A stretch of 64,000 bases of DNA from Squalus acanthias (Eukaryota): assembly GCA_030390025.1 (NCBI GenBank), contig JASTWF010000351.1:372001-436000 (forward strand), given 5' to 3'. Positions 26,301 through 39,409 of the stretch are shown here, piece after piece (position 1 is the stretch's first letter; every line of letters starts with the position of its first letter). The notes under the pieces were generated by a model. That model searched no databases. It was not told the DNA's origin and worked only from the letters and a program-made list of their open reading frames with translations. A program made the translations under genes and the position numbers.

Positions 26301-29300
26301 TGTACCTGTCAGTTTCTGATATGTGAGTGGGGTTTTGACCTTTACCTATCAGTTTCTGGTATGTGAGTGGGGTTTTGTCCTTTACCGATCAGTTTCTGGT
26401 ATGTGAGTGGGGTTTTGTCCTTAACCTGTCACATTCTGATACGTGTTTGCTGTTTTGAACTGTACCTGTAAGTTTCTGGTTTGTGATTGGGGTTTTGTCC
26501 TGTTCCTGTCAGTTTCTAGTATGTGAGTGGGGCTTTGTCCTGTACCTGTTAGTTTCTGGTACGTGAGTGGGGTTTTGTCCTGTAACTTCAGTTTCCAGTA
26601 TGTGAGTGCGGTTTTGAACTGTACCTGTCAGTTTCTGGTATGTGAGTGGGGCTTTGTCCTTTTCCTGTCAGTTTCTGGTATGTGAGTGATGTTCTGACCT
26701 GTACCTGTCAGTTTCTGATATGTGAGTGGGTTTTTGTCCTGTACCTGTCACATTCTGATATGTGAGTGGGGTTTTGTCCTGTACCTGTCAGTTTCTCATA
26801 TGTGAGTGGGGTTTTGTCCTTACCTGTCAGTTTCTGATATGTCAGTGGGGATTTGTTTTGTACCTGTCCGTCTCTGATATGTGAGTCGGGTTTTGTCATC
26901 GACCTCACAATGTCTGGTATGTGAGTAGTGATTTGTCTTGTACCTGTCAGCTTCTGGTATGTGACTGGGGTTTTATACTGTACCTGTCAGTGTCTGACGT
27001 GAGAGTGTGTGTTTAATAATGTCCCTCTCATTTCCTGGTATTTGAGTGTGAATTTTACTCTGTAGCTGTCTGTCACTGGTAAGTGGATGTGGGATTTATT
27101 CTCTCCCCTTCAGTTTCTGGTATATGATTGTGGTTTAAACTGTCCATGTCAATTTCTTGTACATGAATGGGGTTTTGTCCTGTAACTCTCACATTCTGAT
27201 ATATGAATGTGGCTTTGTCCTGTGCCTGTCAGTTTCTGGCATATATGAGTGGGGTGATGTCCTATACCTGTCAGTTTCTGGTATGTGAGTGGGGTTTTGT
27301 ACTATGCCTGTCAGTTTCTGGTATGTGAGTGATGTTTTGTCCTGTACCTGACAGTTTCTGGTATGTGAGTGGGGTTTTGTCCAGTACCTGTCTGTTTCTG
27401 GTATGTGAGTATGCTTTCGTCCTATGCCTTTCAGTTTCTGGCGTGTGAGTGTGATTTTGTCCTGTACCTGCTGGTACTAGTATGTGAGGGAGGTTTTGTA
27501 CTGTACCTGTCAGTTTCTGGTGTGTGAGTGGGGTTTTGTCCTGTACCTGTCAGTTTCTTGAATGTGAGTGGGGTTTTATCCTGTACTCGTCATTCTCTAA
27601 TATGTGAGTGGGGTTTTGACCTGTACCTGTCAGTTTCTGGTACGTGAGTGGGGTTTTTATCCTGTACCTGTCCGTTTCTGGTTTGTGATTTGGGTTCTGT
27701 CCTGTAATTCTAAGTTTCTTGTATTTGAGTGTAGATTTGTACTTTACCTGTCAGTTTCTGGTATTTGAGTGGGGTTTTGTCCTGTACCTGTCTTTTTCTG
27801 ATTTGTGAGTGGGGTTTTGTACTGTCCCTTTCAGTTTCTGGTGTGTGAGTGGGATTTTGTCCTGTACCTGTTAGTACTAGTATGTGAGTGAGGTCTTGTA
27901 CTGTACCTGTCAGTTTCTGGTATGTGAGTGGGGTTTTGTCCTGTACCTGTCAGTTTCTGGTGTGTGAGTGGGGTTTTTTCCTGTACCTGTCAGTTTCTGG
28001 TATGCGAATGGGGATTTATCCTGTACTGTCAGTTTCTGATATGTGTGTGGGGTTTTCTCATCTACCTCTCAATTTCTGGTATGTGAGTGTGATTTTGTCT
28101 TGTACCTGTCAGTTTCAGGTATGTGACTGGGGTTTTATACTGTACCTGTCAATGTCTGAAGTGAGAGTTTGGGTTTAATACTGTACATCTCATTTTCTGG
28201 TATTTGAGTGTGAATTTCACCCTGTAGCTGTCTGTTACTGGTAAGTGGATGTGGGATTTAATCTGTCCCCTTCAGTTTCTGGTATATGAGTGGGGCTTAA
28301 ACTGACCATGTCAGTTTCTGGTATGTGAGTGGGGATTTTATACTGTACCTGTCATTTTCTGGTACATGAGTGGGGCTTTGTCCGGTACCTGTCACATACT
28401 GGTATGTGAGTGGGGTTTAATCTGTCTCTGTCAGTTTCTGTCATGTGATTGTGCATTTTATACTGTACCTGTCATTTTCTGGTACATGAGTGGGGTTTTA
28501 TCCCCTACCTGTCACATTCTGGTATGCGATGGGGTTTTGTGCTCTACCTTTCAGTTTCTGGTATGTGAGTGAGGTTTTCACCTGTACCTGTCAGTAACTG
28601 GTACATGAGTGGGGTTTTGTCCCGTACCTTTCACATTCTGGTATGTGAGTGGGATTTTGTCCTGTACATGTCACATTCTGGTATGTGAGTGAGGTTTTGT
28701 CCTGTAACTTTCAGTTTCTAGTATGTGAGTGAGTTTTTGTCCTGTACCTGACAGTTTCTGTTATGTCAGTGGGGTTTTGTCCTGTATCTGTCACATTCTG
28801 ATATATGAGTGGGGTTTTGAACTCTACCTGTCAGTTTCTGGTATGTGAGATTGGCTTTCTCCTGTACCTGTATGTTTCTGATATGTGAGTGTGGTTTTGA
28901 ACTGTACCTGTCAGTTTCTGTGATGTGAGTGGGGCTTTGTCCTCTTCCTGTCAGTTTCTGATATGTGAATCTGTCTTTGTCCTGTACCTGTTTGTTTATG
29001 GTATGTGAGTGTGAGTTTTATACTGCACCTGTCAGTTTCTGATATGTGAGTGGGGTTTTGTCCTGTACCTGGCACATGCTGGTATGTGAGTGATGTTTTG
29101 ACCTGTACCTGTCAGTTTCTGGTATGAGTGGGTTTTTATCCTGTACCTGTCAGTTTCTGATATGTGAGTGCGGTTTTGTCCTATACCTGTCAGTTTTTGA
29201 TATGTGCGTGGGGTTTTGTCCTGTACCTGTCAGTTTCTGATATGTCATTGGGGATTTGTTTTGTACCTGGCCGTCTCTGATATGTGAGTCGGGTTTTGTC

Positions 29301-31015
29301 ATCGACCTCTCCATTTCTGGTATGTGAGTGGTGATTTGTCTTGTACCTGTCAGTTTCAGGTATGTGACTGGAGTTTTTCTTGTACCTTTCAGCTTCTGGT
29401 ATTTGACTGGGGTTTTATACTGTACCTGTCAGTGTCTGACGTGAGAGTATGTGTTTGATAATGTACCTCTCATTTTCTGGTATTTGAGTGTGAATTTCAC
29501 CCTGTAGCTGTCTGTTACTGGTAAGTGGATGTGGGATTTAATCTGTCCCCTTCAGTTTCTGGTATATGAGTGGGGCTTAAACAGACCATGTCAGTTTCTG
29601 GTATGTGAGTGGGGATTTTATACTGTACCTGTCATTTTCTGGTACATGAGTGGGGCTTTGTCCGGTACCTGTCACATACTGGTATGTGAGTGGGGTTTAA
29701 TCTGTCTCTGTCAGTTTCTGTCATGTGATTGTGCATTTTATACTGTACCTGTCATTTTCTGGTACATGAGTGGGGTTTTATCCCCTACCTGTCACATTCT
29801 GGTATGCGATGGGGTTTTGTGCTCTACCTTTCAGTTTCTGGTATGTGAGTGAGGTTTTCACCTGTACCTGTCAGTAACTGGTACATGAGTGGGGTTTTGT
29901 CCCGTACCTTTCACATTCTGGTATGTGAGTGGGATTTTGTCCTGTACATGTCACATTCTGGTATGTGAGTGAGGTTTTGTCCTGTAACTTTCAGTTTCTA
30001 GTATGTGAGTGAGTTTTTGTCCTGTACCTGACAGTTTCTGTTATGTCAGTGGGGTTTTGTCCTGTATCTGTCACATTCTGATATATGAGTGGGGTTTTGA
30101 ACTCTACCTGTCAGTTTCTGGTATGTGAGATTGGCTTTCTCCTGTACCTGTATGTTTCTGATATGTGAGTGTGGTTTTGAACTGTACCTGTCAGTTTCTG
30201 TGATGTGAGTGGGGCTTTGTCCTCTTCCTGTCAGTTTCTGATATGTGAATCTGTCTTTGTCCTGTACCTGTTTGTTTGTGGTATGTGAGTGTGAGTTTTA
30301 TACTGCACCTGTCAGTTTCTGATATGTGAGTGGGGTTTTGTCCTGTACCTGGCACATGCTGGTATGTGAGTGATGTTTTGACCTGTACCTGTCAGTTTCT
30401 GGTATGAGTGGGTTTTTATCCTGTACCTGTCAGTTTCTGCTATGTGAGTGCGGTTTTGTCCTATACCTGTCAGTTTTTGATATGTGCGTGGGGTTTTGTC
30501 CTGTACCTGTCAGTTTCTGATATGTCATTGGGGATTTGTTTTGTACCTGGCCGTCTCTGATATGTGAGTCGGGTTTTGTCATCGACCTCTCAATTTCTGG
30601 TATGTGAGTGGTGATTTGTCTTGTACCTGTCAGTTTCAGGTATGTGACTGGAGTTTTTCTTGTACCTTTCAGCTTCTGGTATTTGACTGGGGTTTTATAC
30701 TGTACCTGTCAGTGTCTGACGTGAGAGTATGTGTTTGATAATGTACCTCTCATTTCCTGGTATTAGAGTGTGAATTTTACCCTGTAGCTGTCTGTCACTG
30801 GTAAGTAGATGTGGGATTTATTCTCTCCCCTTCAGTTTCTGGTATATGAGTGTGGCTTCAACTGTCCATGTCAGTTTCTGATATGTAAGTGTGGTAATGT
30901 ATGTGAATGTGGATTTTACTTTGTACCTGTCTGACTCTGCTTTGTGAGTGTGGGATTGATTCTGTATCTGTTAGACTGGTAATGTATGTGAGCTTGAGAA
31001 TCATTCTGTAATTGA
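17356..31015 (+). repeat. 40-bp satellite array with irregular higher-order repeats
   Basis: Consensus tatgtgagtggggttttgtcctgtacctgtcagtttctgg. A variant block recurs near 17905, 18951, 20631, 23701, 24385, 25588, 26990, 28153, 29432 and 30712. Confidence 0.97.
20668..21850 (+). mobile_element. Young 5'-truncated CR1 inserted in the satellite
   Basis: Open RT C-terminus ([16 protein letters not shown]) to 21612, (ttcttatg)n tail, and TSD atgtacct at 20660-20667 and 21849-21856. Confidence 0.95.
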
Positions 31016-31016
31016 C

Positions 31017-32114
31017 AGTAACACAGAGCATCAGAGGGCCTGGCAGATACAGGATGAATCTCAATTTCACATACATTATCACAGATTGGCAGAGAAAGAG
31101 AATGAATCTCACACTGACACAATCAAATGCAGTACAATTGATTAAAGATAGATTCAGTCCCACACTCACATAAACTACCAGAAACTAGCAGAAATGGAAG
31201 GAATCTCAAACTAACATCAATACCAGAGACTGATAGATGTAATACGAATCCCATTGCATAAACCGAGTGTATAGCATATTCATGCAGAATCCTTCGCTGA
31301 AAAACAGTGCGAGAGACAGACTGATTCAGAACTAATCCGACACTAACATACAGTACCAGAGACTTACAGATACAGAATTAATCTCAGACTCGCACATCCC
31401 AGTGACAGACAGATACAGAATTAATATCACCCACACGTACACTACTGGAGAATGACAGATTCCGAATGAATCCAAACACTGACACGCGGTACCAGAGTCT
31501 GATGGATACAGATGGAATCACATCCTGACACGTGGTATCAGTGACGGACAGGAAACGAATCGATTGCAAAATACTGCGGATGCTGGAAAAACTCAGCAGG
31601 CCAGGCAGCATGCGTGGAGAGAGAAACAGAGTTAACGTTTCAGGTCGAAGACCATTCGTCAGAAACGAATGGATCCCACACTCACATATTGTAACAGAGA
31701 CTGAGATTGAGAATGATTCCCACACTTACATAAATCACCAGAGCTGAGTGATACAGAACTATTCACCCACACACATAGTACCAGAGACTGGCAGATACTG
31801 AACTTAAGCGGCGGGGACCACACCGCAAGGCGTGAAAATAGTGCACAGGTTGGAGGAAATACATCTAAATTGCTGTCCCGTGCAGCAGGAGTGCTTGGGG
31901 CACTGGATAATTGTCTGGTAAATGCTGAATGGGCAGATGATGCTTCCTCTGCTGTTGGAATGAACTTTATGACTGCAGGGGGCGGATTGGTAGCAATCAC
32001 TCAATCTGAATGGATGCATCAAGCAGCCAATCAGAGAGATGTGGAACAACAGGAATTGACATCAATCCTAACCAGCCTATCACAATCACAGTCTTCACCA
32101 ATCCCTCATTAGCA
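31017..32114 (+). repeat. Left arm of a ~1 kb inverted duplication, including the H2B promoter
   Basis: Reverse-complement homology to 40741-41693. Confidence 0.85.
31561..31663 (-). mobile_element. ~100-bp PLE family A-like element with hammerhead core
   Basis: Minus strand CTGACGA-at-ggtc(ttc)gacc-t-GAAA-CG-TT-aac. TSD gaaacgaat at 31552-31560 and 31662-31670. Empty site near 41205. Confidence 0.85.
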
Positions 32115-32192
32115 TAGGGCTGTGAGGGCAGCCCATTTAAGCCGAGCCCGGAGGGAATTTGCGTCATTTTGCATCTGAAATCGAGTTTGAGA

Positions 32193-32567
32193 ATGGTTGA
32201 TGAAAAGAAAACAGTTGCCAAGAAAGGCGCCAAGAAAACCGTCACCAAACCGGCAGCGAAGGGCGGCAAGAAGCGCAGAAAGTCGAGGAAGGAGAGTTAC
32301 TCCATCTACATCTATAAAGTGATGAAGCAGGTTCACCCCGACACCGGCATTTCCTCCAAGGCCATGGGCATCATGAACTCGTTTGTGAACGATATTTTCG
32401 AGCGCATCGCGGGTGAGGCTTCCCGCCTGGCCCATTACAACAAGCGCAGCACCATCAGCTCCCGGGAGATCCAGACCGCCGTGCGCCTGCTGCTGCCCGG
32501 GGAGCTGGCCAAGCACGCCGTGTCGGAAGGGACAAAGGCGGTGACCAAGTACACCAGCTCCAAGTGA
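32193..32567 (+). CDS. H2B: Histone H2B, replication-dependent (124 aa)
   Basis: [15 protein letters not shown]...[27 protein letters not shown]...AVTKYTSSK; intronless. CCAAT boxes and octamer-like attagcat upstream. Confidence 0.97.
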   Translation: MVDEKKTVAKKGAKKTVTKPAAKGGKKRRKSRKESYSIYIYKVMKQVHPDTGISSKAMGIMNSFVNDIFERIAGEASRLAHYNKRSTISSREIQTAVRLLLPGELAKHAVSEGTKAVTKYTSSK

Positions 32568-32607
32568 AACTCCACGCTGTCCTGAAGGAACAAACCCAAA
32601 ACACAAC

Positions 32608-32623
32608 GGCTTTTTTAAGAGCC
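32608..32623 (+). promoter_or_regulatory. Histone 3' stem-loop (H2B), with one G-U pair
   Basis: GGCTTTTTTAAGAGCC followed by ACCCA and a purine-rich HDE (gaaagagct). Confidence 0.9.
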
Positions 32624-33613
32624 ACCCACAACCTCTCTGAAAGAGCTACACAAACGCATCTCCGTTTAGACTCAATTTACTGTAATTATTTCCATAACAA
32701 CTGTGTTTGAGGACGTTTGAATTTCCAGTTGTAGATTTAGATTTGAATTCTCAGATAAGCAGTTTCACTGACTGAATCGACTTTAGCGTCGCTGTTGTAT
32801 TTCACGCCCAGTAAACGACAAACACGGTCCCTGGTCGCTCTTTCCCTTTGCTCTCAGACCGTTCATTTACAGCGCCTGCCATCGAATTAAGAGCTTGTTT
32901 TACGGATGAGATTCCGATTTCAGTCACCTCGTTCTCTGTCAAGACCTTTTAAATGAGTTTTAATGCCAGTTTGGAGTCAATCGATTTATTCACTGTAGAC
33001 TTCGTGCAGTGTAAAAACCCAGAATGGGATTAGTTAGAGAGACAAGAAAGGGGGCAGTTTGAGCATTCTGTCCCTATTCTCTATTCACAGACGGACTCCT
33101 AGTCCTGGCTTTACTCTCGCAGCAACGCCGATGCAAAGGATAGATCGATAATCTGTGAAACCTCACTTTTAATAAGATTTAGCTGGAATGTGTCCCGTTA
33201 CAGAATCAATGGAGATGGATTCCGGGCCGTTAGAGTTTGAAATTGAACCAGAAATTTATCCTGATTGTAACAGCCTGGAATTTGCATGGATGAGATGGTA
33301 TGAGATAAAAGGAATTGTTCGGATCTCTTTGGATAAGAGTAAATTTATTAACTTTATTCGCTCGTTTAGAAAAATATTGGCGGGCTTTTTGAAATTAAAA
33401 TATCGTTGGCGGTTTGACTGTTGAGGACATTTATTTCCGCCTTCTTTTCATTGGCGGGCTAAACAGACTGTGATTGGTCTCCGGAAAACACCAATGAAAT
33501 TCACCACAGAGCGATCAATCACAAGATCATTCTCTGCATTCCTCCTGAAAGTATATAATGGGCAGATGTGGGAGGAGTTTCTTATTCTTTCTCTGAACAA
33601 CTGAATTGTGGAA

Positions 33614-34003
<390 letters not shown>

Positions 34004-34033
34004 AGCGGACAAGATTCAATCTAATAACCCAAA

Positions 34034-34049
34034 GGCTCTTTTCAGAGCC
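34034..34049 (+). promoter_or_regulatory. Histone 3' stem-loop (H2A)
   Basis: GGCTCTTTTCAGAGCC followed by ACCCA. Confidence 0.95.
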
Positions 34050-34798
34050 ACCCACTGTATCTGTGAAAGCGCTGGTTACTGTTCAGTCATTTTCGGTTAT
34101 AAACAGGACAGTGTAGAAATCTAGATCTACAATTCAGCGGGTTTGCTGTTAGCGGATATTTAGATCAGTGATTCAATACAGAGGGACTGGCTTCAGAGAA
34201 AAACAAAACACACACAAACTTAAATTGAGACCGGCCGTCAATGAACACGTTGTTGGGAGAGCCGAATATGAACGGATGTTAAGACGCGATTTTAAAGGGA
34301 ATGAGCGGTTGATGGGCTTACCGTTCCTTATTGGGAAATTCATTGCATAGGGAGAAGTATATACATCTTGAACCATACAAGCATTTCCCCTTTTAATTTG
34401 CAAACAGGATGGAAACAGAATTACAACTCTGGTTAATATAAAATATTCCAAATTGGAACTGAAGTTCCCTCCTGTCCCCACATTAACAGCTGGTTGAAAA
34501 GGCGAAATTCAGACTTCAGGCACCTCGTTCTCTCTCGATAATCTATCCCGGTATGTGGAGTTGGATCAATTTACTATCAGAGCTCCCACTTATAGTTTCC
34601 GACCCACACTGGGCGGGTGCAGTCAGTCTACTGGGCAGCTCACTCACCTTTCAACCGAGATCGATCAAACCCGCACCGTCAGATATTCACTGCCCCCACT
34701 TTATAAATCCCCAGTTCCAGTAACACAAGACCTGCACGGGGTGTGCACAGTCCAGTTTGCCTTGCGCCGATCGCAGCTCTTTCTTTTGCTGATTTGGT

Positions 34799-34814
34799 GG
34801 CTCTTAAAAGAGCC
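34799..34814 (-). promoter_or_regulatory. Histone 3' stem-loop (H3)
   Basis: GGCTCTTTTAAGAGCC on the minus strand with HDE aagaagagctg downstream. Confidence 0.95.
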
Positions 34815-34858
34815 GTTGTTGTATTAGGTGCTAAAGTCTGGAGCCGGGCAGGGCGAGT

Positions 34859-35272
<414 letters not shown>

Positions 35273-36394
35273 CTAAACTGATCTCACCACAATCTGGAAT
35301 ACTGAGACTGTTAATGCGGTGTCTGCTGTATGTCCCCCTTGTTATAAACAGTGAGGGACCGACCGGAGCACTGATTGGCTGGAGACCGGCGCCCACGCAC
35401 TTCAAACCCAACTCTGACCAGTCAATGAAAAGCTGGAATCGCAGCCCCCGATTGGCTGAGCTGTGATTAATCGCCCATTTCAAAAAGTCCGCCAATTTTC
35501 GTGCAGGAAATAACCGTTTTGATACGAATCGATTTTATTCTGCGCATATTGAAATGACCATTACCAGAATCATTGAACGTTTTAAATGTAACTTCCTCGG
35601 CTTGGTGCTTTAGGGCCTTTCCATTTCCCGCACTCTGTGCTGTTGATGCTGACAGGAGCGGGGCAAGGGACCCGCGCCAATCTCCCGCTCTTCCACTCTA
35701 TTCCTCTCCCTCTCCTCTCCAGCCCATTCAGATTTTCCCTCCGCCCGTCCGATTGTGACGTCAGCCGCTGCTTTTAGGGGAGTGGATCAGAAATCAATCG
35801 CTTCTCTCTGTCCCTGTGGAGCCTGTGAGAAGGGGTCGGCCAATAATCTGTCATTCGGTAACTGTGCAGTGAGCGATCTGACACTCGGCACATTTTAGAT
35901 TGCTGAATGGAGACTTATTGCCGCCTGTTACAGATAAGAGGCTGACAAATTAAACCTGTTCCTGGAACAGCGACAGGAGAGTGTGACGGTGAACCGAGAA
36001 TAAGAGATTTTAAAACCATTCCCTGGAAATTAGATTTTTGATTAATTCGCTTATTTCCGGCACTGGAATTGGCGGGAAATAGCCTCACAATTTGGACTCC
36101 TTTCCATTCAACTGCCCGACCAGCCAACAAATTATTACAATTATATTCATAACAGAATAACAACACAATGAACAAATGTGTAGATGCGATGTGGCTTTTC
36201 ACTGAGGAGAGAACCTGCCGTCTGAGGAAATAACTCTCTCCATAAACCTGGCGCAACCGAAAGCTAAATTCGGAGATTCCAAAATCCAGAACACAGCGCA
36301 AATTTGTTATCAATATTTCTGAACACAATCACTATTTCAGCACAATCTACCCCGCTCCCATTCACAGGTCGTTGCTCTCTGCGAGGCGGTGGGT

Positions 36395-36410
36395 GGCTCT
36401 TAAAAGAGCC
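36395..36410 (-). promoter_or_regulatory. Histone 3' stem-loop (H4)
   Basis: GGCTCTTTTAAGAGCC-ACCCA on the minus strand. Confidence 0.95.
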
Positions 36411-36444
36411 TTTGTGTTGTGTTTGGTAGAAAGGGTCGAGTTTA

Positions 36445-36765
<321 letters not shown>

Positions 36766-37165
36766 TCACTCAAACTTCTGCTGAATGAGAAACGAACTGC
36801 TTTTGCCTGCTCCTTTATACAGCTGACTCCGACCTGACTGAGAAACCGCAGAGTGAGCGAGGCGGGGAGTGGAGGAGACAGATTGAGAGATTAAACAGAG
36901 AGAGCGTGAGGGGAGGAGACAGTTTCAAGAGTGACAGACAGAGCAGAGAGCGGCCTCTGATCTTCCAGCTCCACCTCCAGATTTCTCCAACCGCCAATTT
37001 CAAACCGTTTATCGACAACAGAACCGAAACACAGCGCTCCGCACAAACCCTTACAGACTCGGACTTCATATTCAAGGGTTTGCTGCAACTAGAATCTTTT
37101 AAATAAGGTCCTGTTACAATTAACAATCAGTAATATTCCCGCCTATATACTGTCCCTTCTATCAC

Positions 37166-37374
37166 ATGTGAGAAGTCGCACAACACCAGGTTATAGTACA
37201 ACGGCTTTATTTGAAATAACAAGCTTTCGGAGCGCTGCTCCTTCGTCAGGTGAAGTGAAGGAGCAGCGCTCCGAAAGCTTGTGATTTCAAATAAAGCTGT
37301 TGGACTATAACCTGGTGTAGTGCGACTTCTCACATTTGTCCACCCCAGTCCAACACCGGCATCTCCACATCATG
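37166..37374. mobile_element. PLE family B non-autonomous fold-back element with hammerhead motif
   Basis: Inverted arms at ~37167-37245 and 37257-37334. Minus strand tcac-CTGACGA-a-ggagc(agc)gctcc-GAAA-GC-TT. TSD ccttctatca at 37155-37164 and 37375-37384. Confidence 0.85.
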
Positions 37375-37828
37375 CCTTCTATCAAATGTCAACCCATTTC
37401 CTTCCATGCCAATCTCTGACCTTATTCCATCTCCCCACACTTCCCCTCACAGACGAGTTCAGCAGTTTACAAACACCTTATTCCAGCTGATTTGGAGAAT
37501 CTCATGTGTTGGGGTTTGAGTTGTGACGCGGTGTATCTCCGCCAGTGTCACCGTCTCACAGAGACTCTCACCCTGAACCTGTGAACTGAAAATGACCATG
37601 AACTGAGACTGGAGCCGAACAGCCCACCAGTTAGAGTGAGGCCCGGCCCGGACAGCCCATTCTCTGTGTTTTATTGCAGACACTGGGGGAGGGGTGGGTG
37701 CAGCGAATGTCAGCGAGTCACCAGGGAGCCTGGCTTCATTTAAAATGATTTCAATCAGGAATCTGAGCCCGGCCCCGGGACATGGATCGTCTGATTCCGC
37801 GATCAGCTCTTTTTGGAAAGATGTTGGT

Positions 37829-37844
37829 GGCTCTGAGAAGAGCC
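37829..37844 (-). promoter_or_regulatory. Histone 3' stem-loop (H1)
   Basis: GGCTCTTCTCAGAGCC on the minus strand with HDE aaaagagctg. Confidence 0.93.
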
Positions 37845-37875
37845 TTTGGGTTCAGATGTTTACAAGTTGTCCTTT

Positions 37876-38565
37876 TTATTTTCTTTTGGTCGCTGCTTTC
37901 TGAGACTTTGCTGATTTGGGCTTGGCCTTGGCCTTCGGTTTTTCCACCTTCTTGGCCACCTTCACCATTCCGCCTGTGGCCTTCTTGGGGCTCTTGGGCT
38001 TCTTCGCCGCCGCCTTCTTCCCAGCCGCCGCTTTCGCTGTCTTTTTTGACGTTGCTGCCTTCTTGGTGATCGTTTTCTTGGCTGCTGGTTTCTTGGCTGA
38101 GGATTTCTTGGCTGCTGGTTTCTTGGCTGAGGATTTCTTGGCTGCTGGTTTCTTGGCTGGGGATTTCTTGGCTGCTGGTTTCTTCCCTGCAGATTTCTTG
38201 GCTGTTGGTTTCTTCACCTTCTTTCCCTCTTTCCGCTGGGATTCCTTCTTAGCGAGCCTGAAGGAGCCCGCAGCGCCCGTGCCCTTGGTCTGCTCCAGGG
38301 AGCCGTTTCCCACTTTCCTCCTGATGCTTAAATTGATCAGGGACCGGAGCTTCAACACATCGACGCCGTTGGCAGCCAGAGCCTTCTTTATCCCGGCCAG
38401 GGACATCCCCTTGCGACCGCTGCCACTCGCCACAACCTTGAGGATCTGCTCGCCCAACGTGGGACCGGTTGTCTTGGAGCGGGGAGTCGCCTTCTTCTTG
38501 CTGGGAGCCTTGGTTTCAGCGGCGGCGGCAGGAGGAGCCGTTTCGGCGGCTGCAGTCTCAGTCAT
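37876..38565 (-). CDS. H1: Linker histone H1 (229 aa)
   Basis: [14 protein letters not shown]-tail, globular domain ([17 protein letters not shown]...[11 protein letters not shown]), Lys/Ala C-tail with 30-bp [10 protein letters not shown] repeats and SPKK. Confidence 0.95.
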   Translation of the reverse strand: MTETAAAETAPPAAAAETKAPSKKKATPRSKTTGPTLGEQILKVVASGSGRKGMSLAGIKKALAANGVDVLKLRSLINLSIRRKVGNGSLEQTKGTGAAGSFRLAKKESQRKEGKKVKKPTAKKSAGKKPAAKKSPAKKPAAKKSSAKKPAAKKSSAKKPAAKKTITKKAATSKKTAKAAAGKKAAAKKPKSPKKATGGMVKVAKKVEKPKAKAKPKSAKSQKAATKRK

Positions 38566-38588
38566 GTCCGCGACTCTGTAGAAAATCT

Positions 38589-38677
38589 AAAATAACAACA
38601 GAAAACGCTGGAAAAACTCAGCAGGCCAGGCAGCATCCGTAGAGAGAGAAAGAGAGTTGACGTTTCAGGTCGATGAC
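38589..38677 (-). mobile_element. PLE family A fragment between the H1 promoter and ATG
   Basis: Reverse complement of 16613-16700; flanked by aatct at 38584-38588 and 38678-38682. Confidence 0.88.
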
Positions 38678-38734
38678 AATCTCTCCGACAGTCAGAGCTG
38701 GGTCAGAAATGAAACCAGAGGCGGCGGCACAGAG

Positions 38735-38812
38735 CAACTTAAAGGCAGCGAGCGGACGGGGCGGAGACATCTTGCTGTCAGCTCCCGGCCCCTCCAGCCT
38801 CTCTGTGTTTCT
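38735..38812 (-). promoter_or_regulatory. H1 promoter (H1 box, GC-rich element, TATA-like TTTAA)
   Basis: AAACACA at 38804-38810 on the minus strand, then gaggggccggg, and ctttaagt near 38740. Confidence 0.65.
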
Positions 38813-39409
38813 CTCTCCTCATTAACTCTCCGATTCCAATTAAACTCGGGCACTCCAGATTCCCAGACTGGACTCTTTCTGTCTCGAAGACCGGTATGTT
38901 TGCTGTCGAGAAAGTTTCATCAGAATTAAAGACAGAAATTTCGATTAAAGCCGTTTCATTGCTGCACTGATCGCGCTCTCTCACCCGATCGCGGAAATGT
39001 TCGCTGTTTTTCGGATGAAATTTGAAATCAAATAAAACTTCACGTTTAATTCCCACTTCGGGACTGAGCAGGGGAGCAGAGCGATCCTATGACAGGGAAA
39101 TCTTTGAATTTTACACCAGAGGGTGTCTGAAATCCGGCGATGAGAGCGGACACACAAACACACTGACATTAGTCTAACCCGCCCGCCCCTTTAACACACT
39201 CTCGCTGACACAATGTTCACTCTGCTCATTCACAGCACAATCTGTTCCCAGATTTACAGTTCCCAGGATAGGTTTTCCTCTCCGCTCGGCCTGTGCTGCC
39301 GATTCTCGGGGTTAGTTGGAGTTTCCCAGCTCAGTCAGTGTTAAACACCCTGAGGCCGGCGCTCCTCACAGTGTCTGTTCCCCAGATTCAGGGGCAGGAG
39401 CCAATCACA

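Noticed and set aside
17356..31015. Regular repeat array as a CRISPR array, and its Cys/Val- or Thr/His-rich ORFs as genes
   Set aside because: Monomers are head-to-tail with no unique spacers, there are no cas genes, the context is eukaryotic, and the ORFs are translations of the 40-bp unit.
32169..32192. N-terminal extension of H2B in the ORF track
   Set aside because: It begins at a TTG in the 5' UTR; the first ATG is 32193. The same applies to the Tx1 ORF starts at 44082 and 46276.
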